A stretch of 64,000 bases of DNA from NCBI GenBank assembly GCA_046328575.1, contig JAXLWI010000011.1:1163-65162 (forward strand), written 5' to 3'. A model generated the notes under the pieces. It was given only the letters and a program-made list of their open reading frames with translations. It did not search any database and was not told the DNA's origin. Source of the DNA: Anaerolineae bacterium. GTDB taxonomy: Bacteria; Chloroflexota; Anaerolineae; Fen-1058. The number at the start of each line of letters is the position of its first letter. Positions within the stretch are counted from its first letter, which is position 1. The translations under genes and the position numbers were made by a program. Below are positions 20,390 through 27,883 of this stretch, one piece after another.

Positions 20390-21676
20390 ATGATCGGCGT
20401 GGACGTGCGCGGCGCAAACGGTCTGCTGCCGCTGGAAGATTCGCTGGAAGAGTTGCGGGCGCTGGCCGACACCGCCGGGTTGGAAATCGTCGGGGAGATG
20501 ACACAGCGACTCGATCACGTTGAGCCGTCGACGTTTATCGGCAAAGGCAAAGTCGACGAACTCAAGGCGTGGCATTCCGAACTGGATTTCGAAGTGGTGT
20601 TGTTTGACGACGAACTCTCGCCGCGCCATCAACGCAATCTCGAAAAGGAACTGGGCGAAGACGTGCGTGTGCTCGATCGGACCGCGCTGATTCTCGACAT
20701 CTTCGCTCAACATGCGCACACGCGCGAAGGCGCGCTGCAAGTCGAACTGGCGCAATATGAATATCGGCTGCCGCGCCTGACGCGGCAATGGACGCATTTA
20801 GTGCGGCAGGCGGGCGGCGGGGCAGGTCGATCGGGGACAGCGGGCGTGGGTTTGCGCGGCCCCGGTGAAACGCAGTTGGAAGTCGATCGCCGCCAGATCC
20901 GATCGCGCATCACGTTCCTCAAGACCGAACTTGAGGGCGTGCGCCAGCATCGCCAACAGCATCGCGCACAACGGCGACGGGCGCAAGTGCCGGTCGTATC
21001 GATCGTTGGTTACACCAATGCCGGTAAGTCGTCGCTGCTCAACGCGTTGGTCGATGCCGCAGGCGCCAAGCAAACCGCGCCTGTGTTGGCCGAAGATAAG
21101 TTGTTCGCCACGCTCGATCCGACGACGCGGCGCGTGCGACTGCCATCGGGCAAAAATGCGTTGTTTACGGATACGGTGGGCTTCATTCAGAAACTACCGA
21201 CGGAATTAGTTGCGGCGTTTCGGGCGACGCTGGAAGAAATCACCGAGGCCGATCTGCTGCTGCACGTCGTGGACATCACGCATCCCAATGCGATCGAACA
21301 AGCCAAATCAGTGGAGCGCACGCTGGCGGATCTGGAGATCACGGATATCCCGATCGTCGTCGCGCTCAACAAGATCGATCGGTTGGAAGATGATCAACGC
21401 GACGAGGTGCTGTCGGCTGATTTTCCGCACAGCGTGCCAATCTCGGCGTTGACGCAACTCAATCTTGATCGGCTGTTGGCGCGAGTCGAACATGAGTTGT
21501 ATGAGAGCCTGACTCCCGTGCAGGTGCGCTTGCCATATCGCCGCTCCGATTTGGCGGCGCTGTTTCACGACAACGGCCGCGTCGACGCCGAGGAATTCGG
21601 CGAGAATATGATCACACTGCGCGGTCGGCTGCCCGCTCGTTATCTGGCGGCGTTTCGGCCATTTCTAGTGAAGTAA
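20390..21676 (+). CDS. hflX: GTPase HflX
   Basis: HflX N-domain (LEELRALADTAG, FIGKGKVDEL). G1 GYTNAGKSSLLNAL, G3 DTVGF, G4 NKID. Confidence 0.9.
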   Translation: MIGVDVRGANGLLPLEDSLEELRALADTAGLEIVGEMTQRLDHVEPSTFIGKGKVDELKAWHSELDFEVVLFDDELSPRHQRNLEKELGEDVRVLDRTALILDIFAQHAHTREGALQVELAQYEYRLPRLTRQWTHLVRQAGGGAGRSGTAGVGLRGPGETQLEVDRRQIRSRITFLKTELEGVRQHRQQHRAQRRRAQVPVVSIVGYTNAGKSSLLNALVDAAGAKQTAPVLAEDKLFATLDPTTRRVRLPSGKNALFTDTVGFIQKLPTELVAAFRATLEEITEADLLLHVVDITHPNAIEQAKSVERTLADLEITDIPIVVALNKIDRLEDDQRDEVLSADFPHSVPISALTQLNLDRLLARVEHELYESLTPVQVRLPYRRSDLAALFHDNGRVDAEEFGENMITLRGRLPARYLAAFRPFLVK

Positions 21677-21696
21677 GCGCGAAAGGTTCCCTACGC

Positions 21697-21924
21697 ATGG
21701 ATAAGATCGACCGCTGGTTTTCGAGGCTGCTGGATCGCATTTCTGATTACGTTGCTGCTCATCGCGGTGTGCCGATTCTGTTGGCGTTGGGACTGGTCGT
21801 GCTGAATTACATCCTACGCGTGATACCCGGCGAACAACTCGGCTTCGTGGAAGGCACCGATTTGCTGCTGCATCTGGCGGTGCTGATCGGTTTATTGGGC
21901 GTGCTGCTGGGCGACGCGTTGTAA
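21697..21924 (+). CDS. Small membrane protein
   Basis: 75 aa with two hydrophobic helices, followed by a terminator. Confidence 0.4.
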   Translation: MDKIDRWFSRLLDRISDYVAAHRGVPILLALGLVVLNYILRVIPGEQLGFVEGTDLLLHLAVLIGLLGVLLGDAL

Positions 21925-21947
21925 GCCGTTGGGGGGCTAGAAGATCG

Positions 21948-21982
21948 ATCGGGTTGGAGCGAAAACTCCAGCCCGATTTTTG
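21948..21982 (+). terminator. Intrinsic terminator
   Basis: 12-bp stem atcgggttggag / ctccagcccgat (one G-U pair), loop cgaaaa, then ttttt. Confidence 0.65.
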
Positions 21983-23383
21983 TTACGGCAGGTTCTGGTA
22001 GATGCGAATGTGGCCGCCATTCGATGTCGCAATGATGGCAATATCAATTGGTTGACCGTCTGGTCTGATGGGTGGATAGGGCACAGAAGGCGGACAGTGG
22101 ACCGGTCGCATGGGCATACCTTGTTGGACAACGGGCACGGAGGCCGGTGCGGGAGGTGGTGCGGAGCCTGAGGGTTGAATTGCCGCTGCTCCCGTAAACG
22201 TATCGACCTGATAGTTGCCAGTGGTTGTGGCTTGCGACGTGCTCGTCAGCGGCAGCGTTTCACCTGGAGCGCCATTAAGGGTCTGAAGAAACAACTCGCT
22301 AATGTTGGGAACCTCGGCGAGGAAGTTGCGCGCGGTGGAATCAAACACAAAATACTGAGAGGTGACCGCGGCTTTCAATTCGACGGGGCCAGCCGAACGA
22401 ACATCGCCCATGTTAAACGTCAGCTGGCTGCGCAATCGATGATGGAAATCGGGCAGGTCGCGGTCATCAACTCGAATAATGTATGGCTTGCCGGCGATGA
22501 ACGTGCCACAGACCGGCGTACCGAGCGTGCCAGATGTCGGGAACTGGACATCGATAGTGCTCTTGTCCGTTTTGGCGGTGATGGCGAATGAATCGTTTCG
22601 GAGCATTTCGACTGTGATGTTACTGGCGTTAGTGGTGGTAAATGTATTTCGGCCCGGTGCGAGGCTGCCCACAAAAAGGATGTTCCCGCCAGTATTCGGA
22701 TCGATGCCCGTCGTCGCGGTTACATTAACGTGCCAGGCCGTGATCTCGATCGGTCCGTTGTCGGCGTGCAGTTTTAACTGTTGACGGGCGCCATCCACCA
22801 CAATGCTCCGGTCTTTGCCACTCACTGTCAGATCGAGTGACTGGGTGGTGCCACGGGCGTCAATCGAACCATCCTGTGCAGTCGCTGTGACTTGTCCAAC
22901 GCTCCCCGCGAGGTGAACATTGCCGCCGATTGCAGTGATGTTCAGCGCTACGTTTGGACGCACATAGACGTGCGTGTTCATACGAGCCGTTACGCCTTCA
23001 CCGGGACCGATACTGATGTATTCGACTTTGGTGTCTTGATTGAATTCGACAGTTTTGGAGATTAATTTGGCTTCGGTGACGTTGTCGCCCAGCATCACAC
23101 CATCGGCCACTACGAGCACATTGTTTGAGTCGTCCAGCCTGTCGGAACCGGTCGCGATAACGGTTAAGTCGCCTTGTCTGACTGTAACTACGACCAACGT
23201 GGGTGTGAAAACGTTAGTTGCTTCAGAGTAGCCGTGTACTTCGACGGTTGGCCCTTGACTCTCGGTGTTTGAGGCGGCAATACCTTTGTCCGAGGCAGCA
23301 CAGTTATTGCAAATTGAATCACACCCAGCTAGCAGCATCGCCGCCACTAAGATAAGCCACTTTGGACCAAGCCCAACGAGCAT
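21983..23383 (-). CDS. Lipoprotein with DUF4097-like beta-strand repeats and a Pro-rich C-terminal region
   Basis: Lipobox LLAGC. Repetitive beta-rich body (NGPIEITAWHVNVTATTG). ATSNGGHIRI near the C-terminus resembles the TSNGxI repeat of the neighbouring DUF4097 protein. Confidence 0.5.
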   Translation of the reverse strand: MLVGLGPKWLILVAAMLLAGCDSICNNCAASDKGIAASNTESQGPTVEVHGYSEATNVFTPTLVVVTVRQGDLTVIATGSDRLDDSNNVLVVADGVMLGDNVTEAKLISKTVEFNQDTKVEYISIGPGEGVTARMNTHVYVRPNVALNITAIGGNVHLAGSVGQVTATAQDGSIDARGTTQSLDLTVSGKDRSIVVDGARQQLKLHADNGPIEITAWHVNVTATTGIDPNTGGNILFVGSLAPGRNTFTTTNASNITVEMLRNDSFAITAKTDKSTIDVQFPTSGTLGTPVCGTFIAGKPYIIRVDDRDLPDFHHRLRSQLTFNMGDVRSAGPVELKAAVTSQYFVFDSTARNFLAEVPNISELFLQTLNGAPGETLPLTSTSQATTTGNYQVDTFTGAAAIQPSGSAPPPAPASVPVVQQGMPMRPVHCPPSVPYPPIRPDGQPIDIAIIATSNGGHIRIYQNLP

Positions 23384-23520
23384 GTTGCTCCCAGCGCCCC
23401 GCTAGTTGGGGTCTAGTGTGCAACATTTCGCACGATTTGTCTATACGGGAAACTACCTAGTTGGCTACCGGTTAGCCTACGCTTTGGTTTGAATTTGGTT
23501 TCAAGCGATCGAAACACTAA

Positions 23521-23551
23521 CCGGGCAGCCCATCAGTAGTGGACTGCCCGG
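23521..23551 (-). terminator. Possible terminator hairpin
   Basis: 8-bp stem ccgggcag / ctgcccgg downstream of the stop at 23576. The following tract on the minus strand is only moderately T-rich. Confidence 0.4.
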
Positions 23552-23575
23552 TTGAAAGTTCGCCCAGATAGGGGT

Positions 23576-24466
23576 TTAGCGGCTCTTGTGTAGTTCGATA
23601 CCGCCATTGCTAGCGTGCAAGCCGAGCGTCGTCTGACCACCACCGCCGACTGTACCGCGCAGGCGTGTATCGCTGGCGTCGGTGGTCGTCACGGCGAAGT
23701 CGGTGCTGATCTTGGCGTTGCTCGTGTCGGCATCTACCGTGAAGGCTGCGGTTGAGGGCAGGGTGACTACGATGCCGGCATTGCTAGTGCGCAGTTCGTG
23801 AGAACCAGCCGACAGTGAGCCCGTGAACCGAATCTGACCGTTTGAGGTGCGCGCATTCACCAGAACATCATCGGACGTAATATCGATCCCGCCGTTGCTG
23901 GTTTCCAGATCGAGCCGGCCCGTACCGCCATCGACTGTGATCTGACCGTTGCTGGTCTGCAGATTCAACTGGCCGACCGCGCCCTTGACGTCGATCTTGC
24001 CGTTCGACGTTTCGGCGTACATATCGCCGATCGGGCCGGACGTGATGATGGCGCCATTGCTCGTGCGCAGTTCCAGCACCGTGCCATTGGGGACTGTCAA
24101 CTTGGCCGAGGCGCCACTGTTGCCGATGTCGACGCGCTTGTCGGTGCGACGCGCCGTGATGCGGATCGCGCCGCCGTCGTCGGTCATGGTGACTTCGACG
24201 TTCTTCAGATCGTCCTGCGCTCCCGATTGGCTGTTGCCGCCCCCGCGTTTGGTCACTTTCACATCGACGCCGGGATTGCTGCCGGTGATGATGTCGATGC
24301 CGCCGTTGAACATCTCCACGATGACGCGCGGGGTGCCATCGGTGCTGAAGGTCTTCGAAACGACTTCTTCGGCGGTGAACAAATTGATACTGAAGTTGGC
24401 TCCGCACGCCGAGAGGATCAAGGTGGCAATGATGAGACTGCTAAAGACGACTAACTTGCGAGACAT
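23576..24466 (-). CDS. DUF4097 family beta-strand-repeat lipoprotein
   Basis: Start moved to the ATG at 24466 (AAGGAG upstream), giving MSRKLVVFSSLIIATLILSAC (lipobox). Repeats TSNGAII, TSNGKIDV, TSNGQITV, TSNGGIDI, TSNGQIRF, TSNAGIVV, ASNGGIEL. Confidence 0.7.
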   Translation of the reverse strand: MSRKLVVFSSLIIATLILSACGANFSINLFTAEEVVSKTFSTDGTPRVIVEMFNGGIDIITGSNPGVDVKVTKRGGGNSQSGAQDDLKNVEVTMTDDGGAIRITARRTDKRVDIGNSGASAKLTVPNGTVLELRTSNGAIITSGPIGDMYAETSNGKIDVKGAVGQLNLQTSNGQITVDGGTGRLDLETSNGGIDITSDDVLVNARTSNGQIRFTGSLSAGSHELRTSNAGIVVTLPSTAAFTVDADTSNAKISTDFAVTTTDASDTRLRGTVGGGGQTTLGLHASNGGIELHKSR

Positions 24467-24566
24467 GCTGCGCTCCTTGGTGATTGATATCGTCCTCAGT
24501 TTACGCGGATCGAGAATGATGAGCAACCGACTTAAGGCGGAAATTGCGTTAGGGCGATAGATTGGT

Positions 24567-25604
24567 TCAGGTTTTAGCCTCGCTGTCGACTGCGGCCTCA
24601 CGCGCCGATCGGCCAAACGTCTCCAATTGATCGCGCACCTTGTCTACCGCCGTGTAAGGTGCGTAAATCCGTCGCGTCGTGCTGATGTCGGCATGGCCCA
24701 AATAGGCTTGTAGCACATCCAAATCCATGCCTTCGTGTAACAACTGCTGCGCTCGAAAGTGCCGGAAGGCATGCGGCGACGTGCCTTTGAATAAGCCCAG
24801 ATCAATCGCCGCTTTCTTTACCACCGCCCACAACGTCCCACGTCCCAGTGACTTGCCCAGGTCACGTCCGTGCGAGATGAACAGCCCCGGATACGAATCT
24901 TCGCGTTCGCGGCAGTACGCGGCGATGGCGCGCTGCGCATCCGCCGTCAGCAGCATCATGCGGTCTTTGTTGCCTTTGCCTGTGATGCGCACCTCGGATT
25001 TGCGGCCATCCAACACCATCTCGCGCGTCAACGAAGCGACTTCGCTTACGCGGCCAGCCGATGCGTATAACGTGTGCACGATCGCCCGTGCGCGCAGAAT
25101 CTCTAAGCGCTTGCGGCGGCCGTTTTTTTCGTCGAGCGCGGGCAGGGGGATCGAGTCGTAGTAGGTGACGATCCGCGGGATGCCGGGATCGGGTTCGCGG
25201 CCGGCCTTGGCGGTTCGACGTGTCCCCCTAGCAGCCTTTAGGCGATTGACGGCCTTGCCGACTTGAAAACCCGCTGGCAGATGATCGTTCGCGTCCAGCC
25301 AGATCAAAAAGCGTTTGACGGCTGCGAGATAATTGTCGCGCGTTGGCTCGGCGTAGCGTTGTTTGGTCAGCCATTCGTGGTATTTCAGCAGCACATCGTC
25401 GCGCAAGTTGGCTACGGCGAATTTTGGGGCAGGGGCTTTGTCGGCTACCATGTACTTGGTCGTGGCGATGAATTCCGCCAACTTCCCCAGCCCATAACGG
25501 TATGCCTCCGCCGTTTTGGGGCTGGACGCGATGGTGTTGAGAAAGACGGTCGCATGTTCCAAATCGGCGGCGGTGATGGGCGTCGAATCGACTTTACTTG
25601 GCAT
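24567..25604 (-). CDS. Tyrosine recombinase / phage-type integrase (XerC/D-like)
   Basis: N-terminal SAM-like domain. Catalytic residues in AGRVSEV (Arg), HAFRH (His-x-x-Arg) and LGHADISTTRRIY (His, Tyr). Confidence 0.85.
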   Translation of the reverse strand: MPSKVDSTPITAADLEHATVFLNTIASSPKTAEAYRYGLGKLAEFIATTKYMVADKAPAPKFAVANLRDDVLLKYHEWLTKQRYAEPTRDNYLAAVKRFLIWLDANDHLPAGFQVGKAVNRLKAARGTRRTAKAGREPDPGIPRIVTYYDSIPLPALDEKNGRRKRLEILRARAIVHTLYASAGRVSEVASLTREMVLDGRKSEVRITGKGNKDRMMLLTADAQRAIAAYCREREDSYPGLFISHGRDLGKSLGRGTLWAVVKKAAIDLGLFKGTSPHAFRHFRAQQLLHEGMDLDVLQAYLGHADISTTRRIYAPYTAVDKVRDQLETFGRSAREAAVDSEAKT

Positions 25605-26159
25605 ATTTTTCCCTGGTATATTATTGAACTAAATGTACGTTGAGTTTAATTCATATCGAGACACTTGTCAAGAGGTTGGTGCGCGATTTACACCGTAACT
25701 GTGCTTCAGGCCAAGATTTCCAGTCGAATTCGCGCTTGATTCTGGTCGCAATTCAACGAATCCGTTTCGTGCGCCTACTTGAGCGACCGTCCGGTGCCTT
25801 TACAATGAATCCGCCTCGTCAAGCCATAAACCATTACACGCCACCCAATTAGCCGATATTGTGCGGTACAAGTCTGGCTGCATCCAGCTAGACCGATTTG
25901 CCTGTCGTTTTTGCTGCATTCGGTGCCCATGCCTATCAAGTCATCGCCGCTTGGCTACAATACACCTTCGGGACTTTCACTTGACCTTCACTGTCTTGCG
26001 ATTTCGCTGGAAACATAGGATAATCGGGCCAAGACGCCAAGCCCTGAACAAACCAAGTCGCCACCGATGACCGATCGAGGCGACCAAAATCAGGTTGCCT
26101 AATTAGAACATTAGTGCTATCATTCAATCTACACCTAAAACGGATATCCATCAACTACC

Positions 26160-26600
26160 ATGAGCCGCATTACTAACATCGACGGAACACCCACCCAACA
26201 ACGCAACGCTATCCGCCGCAGCATCGCCGAAATCCTCCGCCGCCTGATGGAAAAGAAGACCATCGACGACGAGACCAAGGACATGCTGGCTTTCATCGTC
26301 GTTGGCCTGCGCAGCATGGATCAGTCCATCGATTCATCGGCCAGCGCGTGGGAAAAGCGCGATTACTATATCAAGGCCGATCAACTGCGGCGCGAATGGT
26401 TGTGGTTGCCAGACACAGCCGATCGGCTTGAGGCGCTGCTACGCAGTAACGATTGGGCCACGGCACCGATCGAATTGGCGGGCCTGGCCGCGCGTTTCTC
26501 CGACGTCAAAGTTGCAACTTTTACCAAGTCCCCTGCTCTGTGGCAAGGCGCGTATAAGAAGTTGCTCGCCACGCCGCAGCGCAACAACGGGCGACGCTAG
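26160..26600 (+). CDS. Hypothetical protein (146 aa) upstream of dinB
   Basis: Clean ORF ending 13 nt before dinB. No motif recognised. Confidence 0.45.
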   Translation: MSRITNIDGTPTQQRNAIRRSIAEILRRLMEKKTIDDETKDMLAFIVVGLRSMDQSIDSSASAWEKRDYYIKADQLRREWLWLPDTADRLEALLRSNDWATAPIELAGLAARFSDVKVATFTKSPALWQGAYKKLLATPQRNNGRR

Positions 26601-26613
26601 CGATTGAACCGGC

Positions 26614-27783
26614 ATGCCGCGCACGATCCTGCACATCGATCTTGACGCCTTCTTTGTCTCTGTCGAGTTGCTGGATAAGCCAGAACTGCGCGGCAAACCG
26701 GTGGCCGTCGGCGGGGCGGCCGATTCGCGCGGCGTAATCTCGTCGGCGTCATACGAAGCGCGGAAGTTCGGCGTCCGATCGGCTTTGCCAACGAAACGGG
26801 CGCTGCAACTCTGCCCCGATCTGATCCTGCTTCACGGCGATCATACCAAATACAGCGAGCACTCACGCCACATCATGGCGATGCTGCACACGTTTACGCC
26901 GCAAATCGAGCAGATTTCCATCGACGAAGCATTTCTCGATATCACTGGTACCGAACTGCGTTTTGGCTCGCCGGAACAGCTCGCTCATCGTCTGCATGAT
27001 CAAGTCCGCGACGAGTTTGGGCTGCCGTGCTCGATTGGTATCGCCAGCAATAAACTTGTCGCCAAAATCGCCACAGAGAAAGCCAAGCCGAACGGCGTGT
27101 TGATTGTGCCGGTTGGTCAAGAAGCGGTGTTTCTCGCACCGCAGCCCGTGCGCGCCTTGTGGGGCGTCGGCCCTAAAACCGCCGAGATTCTCAAGGCTTT
27201 GCGCATTGAGACGATCGGGCAGATTGCGGCTACCGCTCCTGATGTGTTGAAGCGCCGACTGGGTGAGAACGGCGCACTCGATCTGATTCGGCGCGCCCAA
27301 GGCCTCGATGACTCGCCCGTCATCAACGAGCATGAAGTCAAGCAGATCAGCCAGGAGATTACGTTCGCGCGTGATGTGGCCGATAAAGCGCGTTTGCGTG
27401 CGACGATTTTGGAGTTGAGCGAGGGCGTTGGCGTGCGCCTGCGCGAAGAACAGATCAGCGCCGCCACAATTGCGATCAAGTTGCGCTACGGCGACTTCTC
27501 GACGTTCACACGGCAGACCACTCTGCCCCAGCCCGTCGAATTGGATCAGCCGATCTTCGAGACAGCGTGGCGATTGTTTGAGATGAATTGGACCGGCCGA
27601 CCGATTCGCTTGCTTGGCGTCGCGGCGCGGCAATTGAAACCGATCGCGCGTCAACTCGATCTGTTCACGCCGCGTGACGATCGCCTCGATCGACTTACCC
27701 AGGCTGTTGATGAGATTCGCGACAAATTTGGCACGAAAGCCATCAAGCGTGCGTCGACGCTGCGACCAAAACGCCGTGAATAG
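26614..27783 (+). CDS. dinB: DNA polymerase IV (Y-family)
   Basis: ILHIDLDAFFVSVE, SIDEAFLD, SIGIASNKLVAKIA, LWGVGPKT. Confidence 0.9.
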   Translation: MPRTILHIDLDAFFVSVELLDKPELRGKPVAVGGAADSRGVISSASYEARKFGVRSALPTKRALQLCPDLILLHGDHTKYSEHSRHIMAMLHTFTPQIEQISIDEAFLDITGTELRFGSPEQLAHRLHDQVRDEFGLPCSIGIASNKLVAKIATEKAKPNGVLIVPVGQEAVFLAPQPVRALWGVGPKTAEILKALRIETIGQIAATAPDVLKRRLGENGALDLIRRAQGLDDSPVINEHEVKQISQEITFARDVADKARLRATILELSEGVGVRLREEQISAATIAIKLRYGDFSTFTRQTTLPQPVELDQPIFETAWRLFEMNWTGRPIRLLGVAARQLKPIARQLDLFTPRDDRLDRLTQAVDEIRDKFGTKAIKRASTLRPKRRE

Positions 27784-27877
27784 TTCGCATAGAATTTTTC
27801 TTTTGTAGGCAATAGTGTATATTGATCTGGCGTAATAGTGTATTGTCTATGCGAATAGTCCGTTCGAAGACTATAAT
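27784..27877 (+). promoter_or_regulatory. AT-rich control region: 10-bp inverted repeat, AATAGTGTAT direct repeats, TATAAT 6 nt before the start codon
   Basis: ttcgcataga (27784-27793) pairs with tctatgcgaa (27846-27855). aatagtgtat occurs at 27811-27820 and 27834-27843, with aatagt again at 27853. TATAAT at 27872-27877, ATG at 27884. Confidence 0.3.
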
Positions 27878-27883
27878 AACCCT

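Noticed and set aside
23868-24560. 179-aa (minus) and 203-aa (plus) ORFs inside the DUF4097 gene
   Set aside because: Alternative-frame artefacts with extreme Arg/His or Ser/Pro/Leu composition. The DUF4097 frame has a lipobox, an RBS and a clear TSNGxI repeat structure.
26106-26117. LexA/Cheo-box-like element GAACATTAGTGC upstream of the ORF-dinB unit
   Set aside because: Only one half-site (GAAC) is intact. The second half is GTGC rather than GTTC, and the spacer does not fit the RNRY pattern. It is too weak to call an SOS box.
24467-26159. Invertible promoter (fimS-like switch) controlled by the adjacent tyrosine recombinase
   Set aside because: I scanned the 100-bp and 555-bp flanking non-coding regions by eye. 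I found only 8-bp palindromes and no pair of inverted repeats of at least 10 bp bracketing a promoter-sized segment. This cannot be excluded without read-level data.
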